This document shows, in pieces, positions 50,953-63,300 of a DNA stretch of 64,000 nucleotides. The notes below the pieces were generated by a model. It was not told where the DNA came from and made no database searches. It saw only the letters and a list, made by a program, of their open reading frames with translations. Both the position numbers and the translations under genes were made by a program. The stretch comes from Anaeramoeba ignava BMAN. Its lineage: Eukaryota; Protista; Anaeramoebae. Numbering within the stretch: position 1 is the stretch's first letter; the number at the start of each line of letters is the position of its first letter. The DNA lies in NCBI GenBank assembly GCA_028826165.1, contig JAPDFW010000117.1, positions 112,487 to 176,486 of the forward strand, in the 5' to 3' direction.

Positions 50953-53900
50953 TTAATTTTTGTTTTGTAAATCTTCCAAAATTAAATCAATTATTGAATT
51001 TGAATTTAATTGATAATAATCTTTGAAATCAACGTATTCTTGAATATTCTCTTTACTTAATTTTGTTTCATCAAATTCATCATAATAAAGAAAATAAATT
51101 AATTGTTGAATTGTTTCAAATGATTTTCCTGAATAATCATGAACTTGATTTGATGAATCATTAACATTTAAAAACATTCCTTTAAATAAATAACTTCTTA
51201 TTGTTAATATTAATTTATGAACTTTAATTTCTTTTTCATTATCAAAAATAATTGTAAAATCTTTGGTTTCTTCTTGTTGATAAAATTTATGAAAATCTTT
51301 TAATATTCCTTTTATTCCTTCTTTTTCTTTAATCCAATTTGAATCAAATCCAATTTCTTTGAATAAATCATAAACCTTTTCTTTTTCTTTTTCTTTTTGA
51401 ATAAATTGATTATTAAATTTTTCAATAAATTTATCAAAATCAATAAATCCTGTATAAAGAAAATTTAATGAAAATTGAATAATTTCTTTTGATTTTTGTT
51501 GAGAAATATTGATAAATTGTTCAAAAATTGTTTTATTATTATCAAATCTAATTAATAAAATTTGTTTATTAACTTGAAATTTGAATCCATCACTACTTTG
51601 AATCTCAATATCTGTAAATTCATTTGATTTCAAAAATTTGTTTAAATCATCATTAAACGAATAAATTTTTGGAAATAAATCAATCATTTCTTGAGTAATT
51701 TGTTTTTGTTTCAATTCAGAAATATTCAAATCTCTCAATAACATAATTTTAATCTCATTTGGATATTTGTTTTGGAATGTAATATGTAAAGGTGTTTTAT
51801 TCCATTTGTTTTTTGAATTAATATCAGAACCTTTTTCAATTAATAATTTAATAATTTCTTTTGGATATTTATTTTCCAAAGCAAAATGTAAAGGTATTTC
51901 ATTTTCTTTATTTTTTGAATTAATATCAGATCCTTTTTCAATTAATAATTCAATAATTTCTTTTGTATTTTGGTATTTCAAAGCAATATATAAAGGTATT
52001 TCTTTTTGATTATTTTTTGAATTAATATCAGAACCTTTGGAAATTAATAATTCAATAATTTCTTTTGGATATTGGTTTCTCAAAGCAATATGTAAAGGTG
52101 TTTCTTTATACCAGTTGTTTTTTAAATTAAGATCAGAACCTTTAGGAATTAATAATTCAATAATTTCTTTTGGGTATTGGTATTTCAAAACAATATGTAA
52201 AGGTATTTCATTCCATTTGTTTTTTGAATTAATATCAGAACCTTTGGAAATCAATAATTCAATAATTTCTTTTGGATTTTTGTATCTCAAAGCAATATGT
52301 AAAGGTATTTCATTCCATTTGTTTTTTGAATTAATATCAGAACCTTTATCAATTAATAATTCAATAATTTCTTTTGGATATTTGTTTTTCAAAACAAAAT
52401 CTAAAGGTGTTTCATTTTCATTGTTTTTGAATTAATATCAGAACCTTTATCAATTAGCAATTCAATAATTTCTTTTGGATTGTTGTTTTTCAAAGCAAAA
52501 TGTAAAAGTGTTTCATTTTCATCATTTTTTGAATTAATATCAGAACCTTTTTCAATTAGTAATTCAATAATTTCTTTTGAATATTTGTTTTTCAAAGCAA
52601 AATGTAAAAGTGTTTCATTTTCATCATTTTTTGATTTCATATCAGAACCTTTGGGAATTAATAATTCAATAATTTCTTTTGAATATTTGTTTTTCAAAGC
52701 AATATCTAAAGGTGTTTCATTTTCATTATTTTTTGAATTAATATCAGAACCTTTTTCAATTAATAATTCAATAATTTCTTTTGCATATTCATTTCTCAAA
52801 GCAATATGTAAAGGTATTTCATTTAGATTATTTTTTGAATTAATATCAGAACCTTTGGAAATCAATAATTCAATAATTTCTTTTGGATTTTTATATCTCA
52901 AGGCAATATATAAAGGTATTCCATTTTGATAGTTTTTTGAATTAAGATCAGAACCTTTTTCAATTAGTAATTCAATAATTTCTTTTGCATATTTTCTTTC
53001 CAAAGCAATATGTAAAGGTATTTCATTTAGATCATTTTTTGAATTAAGATCAGAACCTTTATTAATTAATAATTCAATAATTTCTTTTGGATATTGGTTT
53101 CTCAAAGCAATATATAAAGATATTTCATTCCATTTGGTTTTTGAATTAATATTAGAACCTTTATCAATTAATGATTTAATAATTTCATTTGGATATTTAT
53201 TTCTCAAAGCAAAATGTAAAGGTATTTCATTTTCATTGTTTTTTGAATTAATATCAGAACCTTTTTCAATTAATAATTTAATAATTTCTTTTGGATATTC
53301 ATTTCTCAAAGCAATATGTAAAGGTATTTCATTCCATTTGTTTTTTGAATTAATATCAGAACCTTTTTCAATTAATAATTCAATAATTTCTTTTGGATAT
53401 TTATTTCTCAAAGCAAAATGTAAAGGTATTTCATTTTCATTGTTTTTTGAATTAATATCATAATCTTTGGAAATGAATAATTCAATAATTTCATTTGGAT
53501 ATTTGTTTTTCAAAGCAAAATGTAAAGATATTTCATTTTCATTATTGTTTGAATTAATATCAGAACCTTTTGAAATTAATAATTCAATAATTTCTTTTGG
53601 ATATTTATTTTTCAAAGCAATATCTAAAGGTATTTCATTTTCATTGTTTTTTGAATTGACATTAGAACCTTTTTCAATTAGTAATTCAATAATTTCATTT
53701 GGATATTTATATTTCAAAGCAATATGTAAAGGTATTTCATTTTCATTGTTTTTTGAATTAATATCAGAACATTTGGAAATTAATAATTCAATGATTTCTT
53801 TTGGATATTCATTTCTCAAAGCAATATTTAAAGATATTTCATTTTCATTGTTTTTTAAATTAATATCAGAACCTTTGGAAATTAATAATTCAATAATTTC

Positions 53901-54788
53901 TTTTGTATTTTTGTTTTTCAAAGCAATATGTAAAGGTATTTCATTTTCATTGTTTTTTGAATTAATATTAGAACCTTTATCAATTAATAATTCAATAATT
54001 TCATTTGGATATTTGTTTTCCAAAGCAATATGTAAAGGAATATGATTAAATTGAGTTTTTGAATTAATATCAGAACCTTTGGAAATTAATAATTCAATAA
54101 TTTCTTTTGGATTTTTATATCTCAAAGCAATATGTAAAGGTATTTCATTTTTATTATTTTTTAAATTAATATCAGAACATTTGGAAATTAATAATTCAAT
54201 AATTTCTTTTGGATTTTTGTATCTCAAAGCAAAATTTAAAGGTATTTCATTTTCATTGTTTTTTGAATTAATATCAGAACCTTTTTCAATTAATAATTTA
54301 ATAATTTCTTTTGGATTTTTGTATCTCAAAGCAATATGTAAAGGTATTTCATTCCATTTGTTTTTTAAATTAATATCAGAACCTTTTTCAATTAATAATT
54401 CAATAATTTCTTTTGGGTTGTTGTATCTCAAAGCAATATGTAAAGGTATTTCATTCCATTTGTTTTTTGAATTAATATCAGAACCTTTTTCAATTAATAA
54501 TTCAATAGTTTCATTTGGATATTTATTGATAAGTGCAGAATGTAAAGAATTGTTTCTATTTTTATCAATCCAATTTAAATTTGTTTGTTTTTCAATAAGT
54601 TTTTTAATAATTTCATTTGTTGATTTGTTTTTAAATGAATAATTAAGAAAAGGTTCATTTTCTTTTTCTAATTGTTCTGTTGTTTGTAAAGTTTTAATTG
54701 AATCAAAAAATTCCAAATCATTTTTTAGAATTGCTTCATAAACTTGCAATAAGTCAGAGAAGGATTGCAAAAAATTGGTGGAATTCAT
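50953..54788 (-). CDS. ankyrin (about 27 x 34 aa) + tandem BTB protein (array 2, gene A); frameshift near 52420
   Basis: NEIPLHIAL..YPKEIIELLI.KGSDINSKN repeats followed by BTB-BTB. Confidence 0.85.
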
Positions 54789-54859
54789 TTTATTATTTTT
54801 GTTTTGAAATAAAAAGAAAAAAAATGAAAAAAGGAGAAAAAAGCAAAAAAAAAATTGAA

Positions 54860-57169
54860 TTAATTTTTGTTTTGTAAATCTTCCAAAATTAAATCAATTA
54901 TGGATTTTAAATTTAATTGATAATAATCTTTTAAATCAACATATTCTTCAATATTCTCTTTACTTAATTTTGTTTCATCAATTTTATCATGATAAAGAAA
55001 ATAAATTAATTGTTGAATTGTTTCAAATGATTTTCCTGAATAATCATGAACTTGATTAGATGAATCATTAACATTTAAAAACATTCCTTTAAATAAATAA
55101 CTTCTTATTATTAATATTAATTTATGAACTTTAATTTCTTTTTCTTCGCAAATTATTGCAAAATCTTTGGTTTCTTCTTGTTGATAAAATTTATGGAAAT
55201 CTTTTAATATTCCTTTTATTCCTTCTTTTTCTTTAATCCAATTTGAATCAAATCCAATTTCTTTGAAAAATCATAAATCAAAAGTTTTTGAAATTGTTTT
55301 TTTTCGTTTTCAATTTCATTTAAAATTAATTCTTGTTCTTTTTTTTCTTTTTTAAATTCAATTTCATTTGAAAATAAAAATTGAAAATTTGGATTATTTT
55401 CTGATTCTTTTTGAATAAATTGATTATTAAATTTTTCAATAAATTTATCAAAATCAATAAATCCTGTATAAAGAAAATTTAATGCAAATTGAATAATTTC
55501 TTTTGATTTTCTTCTGCAAATATTTATAAATCTTGTTAAAATTGTTTTATTATTATCAAATCTAATTAATAAAATTTGTTTATTAACTTGAAATTTGAAT
55601 CCATCACTACTTTTGAATCTCAATATCTGTAAAATCATTTGATTTCAAAAAATTGTTTAAATCATCATTAAATGAATAAATTTTTGGAAATAAATCAATC
55701 ATTTCTTGATATATCTCATTTTGTTTCAATTCAAAAATATTCAAATCTCTCAATAACATAATTTTAATTTCATTTGGATATTTGTTTTGGAATGTAATAT
55801 GTAAAGGTATTTCATTCCATTTATTTTTTGAATTAATATCAGAACCTTTGGAAATTAATAATTTAATAATTTCTTTTGGATATTTATTTTCCAAAGCAAT
55901 ATGTAAAGGTATTTCATTTAGATTATTTTTTGAATTAATATCAGAACCTTTGGAAATTAATAATTCAATAATTTCTTTTGTATTTTTATTTTTCAAGCCA
56001 ACATATAAAGGTATTTCATTTAGATCATTTTTTAAATTAATATTAGATCCTTTATCAATTAATAATTCAATAATTTCTTTTGGATATTTGTATTTCAAAG
56101 CAATATGTAAAGGAATTTCATTCCATTTGTTTTTTGAATTAATATCAGAATCTTTGGAAATTAATAATTCAATAATTTCTTTTGTATTTTTATATCTCAA
56201 AGCAATATGTAAAGGTATTTCATTCCATTTGTTTTTTGAATTAATATCAGAACCTTTTTCAATTAATAATTCAATAATTTCTTTTGTATTTTTGTTTCTT
56301 AAAGCAATATATAAAGGTATTTCATTTTCATTGTTTTTTGAATTAATATCAGAACCTTTGGAAATTAATAATTCAATAATTTCTTTTGGATATTTATTTT
56401 TCAAAGCAATATGTAAAGGTGTTTCATTTATATAATTTTTTGAATTAATATCAGAACATTTGGAAATTAATAATTCAATAATTTCTTTTGGATTTTGATT
56501 TTTCAAAGCAATATGTAAAGATAATACATTTTCATTATTTTTTGAATTAATATCAGAACCTTTGGGAATTAATAATTCAATAATTTCTTTTGGATTGTTG
56601 TATATCAAAGCAATATGTAAAGGTATTTCATTTTCATTGTTTTTTAAATTAATATCAGAACCTTTTTCAATTAATAATTCAATAATTTTTTTTGGATATT
56701 TATTTCTCAAAGCAATATGTAAAGGTATTTCATTTTGATTATTTTTTGAATTAATATCAGAACCTTTTTCAATTAATAATTTAATAATTTCTTTTGGGCT
56801 TTTATTTTTCAAAGCAATGTGTAAAGGTATTTCATTTTCATTGTTTTTTAAATTAATATCAGAACCTTTGGAAATTAATAATTCAATAATTTCATTTGGA
56901 TATTTGTTTTTCAAAGCAGAATGTAAAGAATTGTTTCTATTTTTATCAATCCAATTTAAATTTGTTTGTTTTTCAATAAGTTTTTTAATAATTTTATTTG
57001 TTGATTTGTTTTTAAATGAATAATTAAGAAAAGGTTCATTTTCTTTTTCAAATTGTTCTGTTGTTTGTAAATCTGGAATCAAATCAAAAAATTTCAAATC
57101 TTTTTTTAGAATTGATTCATAAACTTGTTTTAATTTATAATTCAAAACAATAGGATTATTGAAACTCAT
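54860..57169 (-). CDS. ankyrin (11 repeats + cap) + tandem BTB protein (array 2, gene B); frameshifts near 55612 and 55265
   Basis: Three ORF pieces collinear with genes A and C. Confidence 0.8.
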
Positions 57170-57246
57170 TTTATTCTTTTTTTGTTTTGAAATGAAAAAA
57201 AATGGAAAAATGAAAAAAAATGAAAAAAAAATGAAAAAAAATGGAA

Positions 57247-60200
57247 TTATTTTTCTGAAAAAGATTTGGAATAAAAATCAAGTAAATAAGATCCTAAAAT
57301 TGATTTTAAATTTAATTGATAAAAATCTTTTAAATCAACATATTCTTCAATATTCTCTTTACTTAATTTTGTTTCATCAATTTTATCATAATAAAGAAAA
57401 TAAATTAATTGTTGAATTGTTTCAAATGATTTTCCTGAATAATCATGAACTTGATTTGATGAATCATTAACATTTAATAAAAACATTCCTTTAAATAAAT
57501 AACTTCTTATTATTAATATTAATTTATGAACTTTAATTTCTTTTTCTTCGCAAATTATTGTAAAATCTTTGGTTTCTTCTTGTTGATAAAATTTATGAAA
57601 ATCTTTTAATATTCCTTTTATTCCTTCTTTTTCTTTAATCCATTTTAAATCAAATCCTGTTTGTTCAAATAAATCATAAATCAATCCTTTTTCAAAAATT
57701 TCATTTTCGTTTTCAATTTCATTTAAAATTAATTCTTGTTCTTTTTTTTCTTTTTTAAATTCAATTTCATTTGAAAATAAAAATTGAAAATTTGGATTAT
57801 TTTCTGATTCTTTTTGAATAAATTGATTATTAAATTTTTCAATAAATTTATCAAAATCAATAAATCCTGTATAAAGAAAATTTAATGCAAATTGAATAAT
57901 TTCTTTTGATTTTCTTCTGCAAATATTTATAAATCTTGTTAAAATTGTTTTATTATTATCAAATCTAATTAATAAAATTTGTTTATTAACTTGAAATTTG
58001 AATCCATCATTACTTTTAATTTCAATATCTGTAAAATCATTTGATTTCAAAAAATTGTTTAAATCATCATTAAATGAATAAATTTTTGGAAATAAATCAA
58101 TCATTTCTTGATATATCTCATTTTGTTTCAATTCAAAAATATTCAAATCTCTCAATAACATAATTTTAATTTCATTTGTATAATGATTTTTCAAAGCAAT
58201 ATGTAAAGGAATTTCATTCCAATCATTTTTTGAATTAATATCAGAACCTTTGGAAATTAATAATTCAATAATTTCTTTTGTATTTTGGTATTTCAAAGCA
58301 ATATGTAAAGATATTTCATTTAGATTATTTTTTGAATTAATATTAGAACCTTTGGAAATTAATAATTCAATAATTTCTTTTGAATATTGATTTTTCAAAG
58401 CAAAATGTAAAGGTATTTCATTTCTATTGTTTTTTGAATTAATATTAGAACCTTTGGAAATTAATAACTCAATAATTTCTTTTGGATTGTTGTATCTCAA
58501 AGCAAAATGTAAAGGTATTTCATTATCATTGTTTTTTAAATTAATATCAGAATCTTTGGAAATTAATAATTCAATAATTTCTTTTGTATATTTATTTCTC
58601 AAAGCAAAATGTAAAGGTATTTCATTTTCATTGTTTTTTGAATTAATATCAGAACCTTTTTCAATTAATAATTCAATAATTTCTTTTGGATTGTTGTTTT
58701 TCAAAGCAATATGTAAAGGTATTTCATTTTGATTATTTTTTGAATTAATATCAGAACCTTCGGAAATTAATAATTCAATAATTTCTTTTGGGTTTTTAAA
58801 TCTCAAAGCAATATGTAAAGGAGTTTCAAATATATTGTTTTTTGAATTAATATCAGAACCTTTTTCAATTAATAATTCAATAATTTCTTTTGGATATTGA
58901 TTTTCCAAAGCAATATATAAAGGTATTTCATTTCTATTATTTTTTGAATTAATATCAGAACCTTTTTCAATTAACAATTCAATAATTTCTTTTGTATTTT
59001 TATTTCTCAAAGCAAAATGTAAAGATATTTCATTTTGATAATTTTTTGAATTAATATCAGAACCTTTGGAAATTAATAATTCAATAATTTCTTTTGGATA
59101 ATGATTTTTTAAAGTATAATATAAAATTGATTGATTCCAATTGAATTTTGAATTAATATTAGAACCTTTGGAAATTAATAATTCAATAATTTCTTTTGAA
59201 TTTTTATATCTCAAAGCAAAATGTAAAGGAGTTTCAAATATATTGTTTTTTAAATTAATATCAGAACCTTTATCAATTAATAATTCAATAATTTCTTTTG
59301 GATATTTGCTTTCTAAAGCAAAATGTAAAGATATTTCATTTCTATTATTTTTTGAATTAATATTAGAACCTTTTTCAATTAACAATTCAATAATTTCTTT
59401 TGGGTTCTTGTTTTTCAAAGCAATATGTAAAGGTATTTCATTTTGATAATTTTTTAAATTAATATCAGAACCTTTGGAAATTAATAATTCAATAATTTCT
59501 TTTGGGTTGTTGTATCTCAAAGCAATATGTAAAGGTATTTCATTCCAATCATTTTTTGAATTAATATCAGAACCTTTGGAAATTAATAATTCAATAATTT
59601 CTTTTGTGTATTTATTGATAAGAGCAGAATGTAAAGGTATTTCATTCCATTTGGTTTTTGAATTAATATCAGAACTTTTGGAAATTAATAATTCAATAAT
59701 TTCTTTTGGATATTTATTTTCTAAAGCAAAATGTAAAGGTATTTCATTTTCATTATTTTTTGAATTAATATTAGATCCTTTTTCAATTAATAATTCAATA
59801 ATTTCTTTTGGATATTCATTTCTCAAAGCAATATGTAAAGGTATTTCATTCCATTTGGTTTTTGAATTAATATCAGATCCTTTTTCAATTAGCAATTCAA
59901 TAATTTCATTTGGATATTTATTTTCCAAAGAAATATGTAAAGGTATTTCTTTTTCATTGTTTTTTGAATTAATATTAGAACCTTTGGAAATTAATAATTC
60001 AATAATTTCATTTGGATATTTGTTGATAAGAGCAGAATGTAAAGAATTGTTTCTATTTTTATCAATCCAATTTAAATTTGTTTGTTTTTCAATAAGTTTT
60101 TTAATAATTTCATTTGTTGATTCGTTTTTAAATGAATAATTAAGAAAAGGTTCATTTTCTTTTTCAAATTGTTCTGTTGTTTGTAAATCTGGAATCAAAT

Positions 60201-60285
60201 CAAAAAATTTCAAATCTTTTTTTAGAATTGATTCATAAACTTGTTTTAATTTATAATTCAAAACAATAGGATTATTGAAACTCAT
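57247..60285 (-). CDS. ankyrin (about 18 repeats) + tandem BTB protein (array 2, gene C), intact
   Basis: Single ORF; start placed at MSFNNPIV (60285) by identity with gene B. Confidence 0.9.
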   Translation of the reverse strand: MSFNNPIVLNYKLKQVYESILKKDLKFFDLIPDLQTTEQFEKENEPFLNYSFKNESTNEIIKKLIEKQTNLNWIDKNRNNSLHSALINKYPNEIIELLISKGSNINSKNNEKEIPLHISLENKYPNEIIELLIEKGSDINSKTKWNEIPLHIALRNEYPKEIIELLIEKGSNINSKNNENEIPLHFALENKYPKEIIELLISKSSDINSKTKWNEIPLHSALINKYTKEIIELLISKGSDINSKNDWNEIPLHIALRYNNPKEIIELLISKGSDINLKNYQNEIPLHIALKNKNPKEIIELLIEKGSNINSKNNRNEISLHFALESKYPKEIIELLIDKGSDINLKNNIFETPLHFALRYKNSKEIIELLISKGSNINSKFNWNQSILYYTLKNHYPKEIIELLISKGSDINSKNYQNEISLHFALRNKNTKEIIELLIEKGSDINSKNNRNEIPLYIALENQYPKEIIELLIEKGSDINSKNNIFETPLHIALRFKNPKEIIELLISEGSDINSKNNQNEIPLHIALKNNNPKEIIELLIEKGSDINSKNNENEIPLHFALRNKYTKEIIELLISKDSDINLKNNDNEIPLHFALRYNNPKEIIELLISKGSNINSKNNRNEIPLHFALKNQYSKEIIELLISKGSNINSKNNLNEISLHIALKYQNTKEIIELLISKGSDINSKNDWNEIPLHIALKNHYTNEIKIMLLRDLNIFELKQNEIYQEMIDLFPKIYSFNDDLNNFLKSNDFTDIEIKSNDGFKFQVNKQILLIRFDNNKTILTRFINICRRKSKEIIQFALNFLYTGFIDFDKFIEKFNNQFIQKESENNPNFQFLFSNEIEFKKEKKEQELILNEIENENEIFEKGLIYDLFEQTGFDLKWIKEKEGIKGILKDFHKFYQQEETKDFTIICEEKEIKVHKLILIIRSYLFKGMFLLNVNDSSNQVHDYSGKSFETIQQLIYFLYYDKIDETKLSKENIEEYVDLKDFYQLNLKSILGSYLLDFYSKSFSEK

Positions 60286-60362
60286 TTTATTCTTTTTTTG
60301 TTTTGAAATGAAAAAAAATGGAAAAATGAAAAAAAATGAAAAAAAAATGAAAAAAAATGGAA

Positions 60363-63300
60363 TTATTTTTCTGAAAAGATTTGGAATAAAAATCAAGTAA
60401 ATAAGATCCTAAAATTGATTTTAAATTTAATTGATAAAAATCTTTTAAATCAACATATTCTTCAATATTCTCTTTACTTAATTTTGTTTCATCAATTTTA
60501 TCATAATAAAGAAAATAAATTAATTGTTGAATTGTTTCAAATGATTTTCCTGAATAATCATGAACTTGATTAGATGAATCATTAACACTTAAAAACATTC
60601 CTTTAAATAAATAACTTCTTATTATTAATATTAATTTATGAACTTTAATTTCTTTTTCTTCGCAAATTATTGTAAAATCTTTGGTTTCTTCTTGTTGATA
60701 AAATTTATGAAAATCTTTTAATATTCCTTTTATTCCTTCTTTTTCTTTAATCCATTTTAAATCAAACCCTGTTTGTTCAAATAAATCATAAATCAATCCT
60801 TTTTGAAATTGTTTTTTTTCGTTTTCAATTTCATTTAAAATTAATTCTTGTTCTTTTTTTTCTTTTTTAAATTCAATTTCATTTGAAAATAAAAATTGAA
60901 AATTTGGATTATTTTCTGATTCTTTTTGAATAAATTGATTATTAAATTTTTCAATAATATTATCAAAATCAATAAATCCTGTATAAAGAAAATTTAATGC
61001 AAATTGAATAATTTCTTTTGATTTTCTTCTGCAAATATTTATAAATCTTGTTAAAATTGTTTGATTATTATCAAATCTAATTAATAAAATTTGTTTATTA
61101 ACTTGAAATTTGAATCCATCATTACTTTTAATTTCAATATCTGTAAAATCATTTGATTTCAAAAAATTGTTTAAATCATCATTAAATGAATAAATTTTTG
61201 GAAATAAATCAATCATTTCTTGATATATCTTATTTTGTTTCAATTCAAAAATATTCAAATCTCTCAATAACATAATTTTAATTTCTTTTGTATATTGATT
61301 TTTCAAAGCATAATGTAAAGGTATTTCATTCCAATAATTTTTTGAATTAATATTAGAACCTTTGGAAATTAATAATTCAATAATTTCATTTGGATTTTGA
61401 TATTTCAAAGCAAAATGTAAAGGTGTTTCATTTTCATTATTTTTTGAATTAATATTAGAATCTTTGGAAATTAATAATTCAATAATTTCTTTTGAATATT
61501 TATTTCTCAAAGCAACATGTAAAGGTATTTCATTCCATTTATTTTTTGAATTAATATCAGAACCTTTGGAAATTAATAATTCAATAATTTCATTTGAATT
61601 TTTATTTTTAAAAGCATAATGTAAAGGTGTTTCATTTTGATTATTCTTTGAATTAATATCAGAACCTTTTTCAATTAATAATTCAATAATTTCTTTTGAA
61701 TTTTTATTTATCAAAGCAATATGTAAAGGTATTTCATTCCATTTATTTTTTGAATTAATATCAGAACCTTTTTCAATTAATAATTCAATAATTTCTTTTG
61801 GATATTTCTTTCTCAAAGCAACATGTAAAGGTATTTCATTCCATTTGGTTTTTGAATTAATATCAGAACCTTTGGAAATTAATAATTCAATAATTTCTTT
61901 TGAATTTTTGTATTTCAAAGCAATATGTAAAGGTATTTCATTCCTATTATTTTTTGAATTAATATTAGAACCTTTGGAAATTAATAATTCAATAATTTCT
62001 TTTGGATTTTGATATTTCAAAGCAATATGTAAAGGTGTTTCATTTTCATTATTTTTTGAATTAATATCAGAACCTTTTGAAATTAATGATTCAATAATTT
62101 CTTTTGCATATTGATATTTCAAAGCAATATGTAAAGGTATTTCATTTTCATTGTTTTTTGAATTAAGATTAGAACCTTTGGAAATTAATAATTCAATAAT
62201 TTCATTTGGATTTTGATTTATCAAAGCAATATGTAAAGGTATTTCATTTTGATTATTTTTTAAATTAATATCAGAACCTTTTTCAATTAATAATTCAATA
62301 ATTTCTTTTGAATATTTATTTCTCAAAGCAATATGTAAAGGTATTTCTTTTTCTTTGTTTTTTGAATTAATATCAGAACCTTTGGAAATTAATAATTTTA
62401 TGAATTCATTTCCAAATTTATATTCTTGCAACATCGTATGAAATAATGCCTGGTGATGATCTTTGGTTTTCAAATTAATATCAGAATCTTTGGAAATTAA
62501 TAATTCAATAATTTCTTTTGGATATTTATTTCTCAAAGCAATATGTAAAGGTGTTTCTTTTTGATTATTTTTTGAATTAATATCAGAACCTTTGGAAATT
62601 AATAATTCAATAATTTCTTTTGGATATTGATTTTCCAAAGCAATATATAAAGGAATATGATTAAATTGAGTTTTTGAATTAATATCAGATTCTTTGGAAA
62701 TTAATAATTCAATAATTTCTTGTGGATATTTATTTTTCAAAGCAATATGTAAAGATAATACATTTTGATTATTTTTTGAATTAATATCAGAACCTTTGGA
62801 AATTAATAATTCAATAATTTCTTTTGGATATTTATTTCTCAAAGCAATATGTAAAGGTATTTCATTTTCATTATTTTTTGAATTAATATCAGAACCTTTG
62901 GAAATTAATAATTCAATAATTTCTTTTGGATATTTGTTTCTCAAAGCAATATGTAAAGGTATTTCATTTTCATCATTTTTTGAATTAATATCAGAACCTT
63001 TGGAAATTAATAATTCAATAATTTCTTTTGGATATTCGTTTCTCAAAGCAATATGTAAAGGTATTTGATTTTGATCATTTTTTGAATTAATATCAGAACC
63101 TTTGGAAATTAATAATTCAATAATTTCATTTGGATATTTATTTCTCAAAGCAATATGTAAAGGTATTTCATTTTGATTATTTTTTGAATTAATATTAGAA
63201 CCTTTGGAAATTAATAATTCAATAATTTCATTTGGATTTTTATTTTTCAAAGCAATATGTAAAGGTATTTCATTTTCATCATTTTTTGAATTAATATCAG

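Noticed and set aside
12900-60380. Frameshifts in most ankyrin-BTB genes read as programmed frameshifting or pseudogenisation
   Set aside because: Mostly single-base indels in homopolymers, at different sites in each paralog, and also seen in the B56 and SH3 genes; no nonsense-codon accumulation seen; long-read error is more parsimonious (check by short-read polishing)
60286-60396. Extended N-terminus of gene C and extended C-terminus of gene D in the ORF track
   Set aside because: This is the intergenic spacer, matching 57170-57246; the overlap comes from a TTG start call and a homopolymer indel
51767-63068. Many + strand ORFs (INNSIISFG...KAICKGISF) opposite the ankyrin genes, also at 19629, 23157 and 23703
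   Set aside because: Antisense shadows of the repetitive sense ORFs; no independent start context or domain
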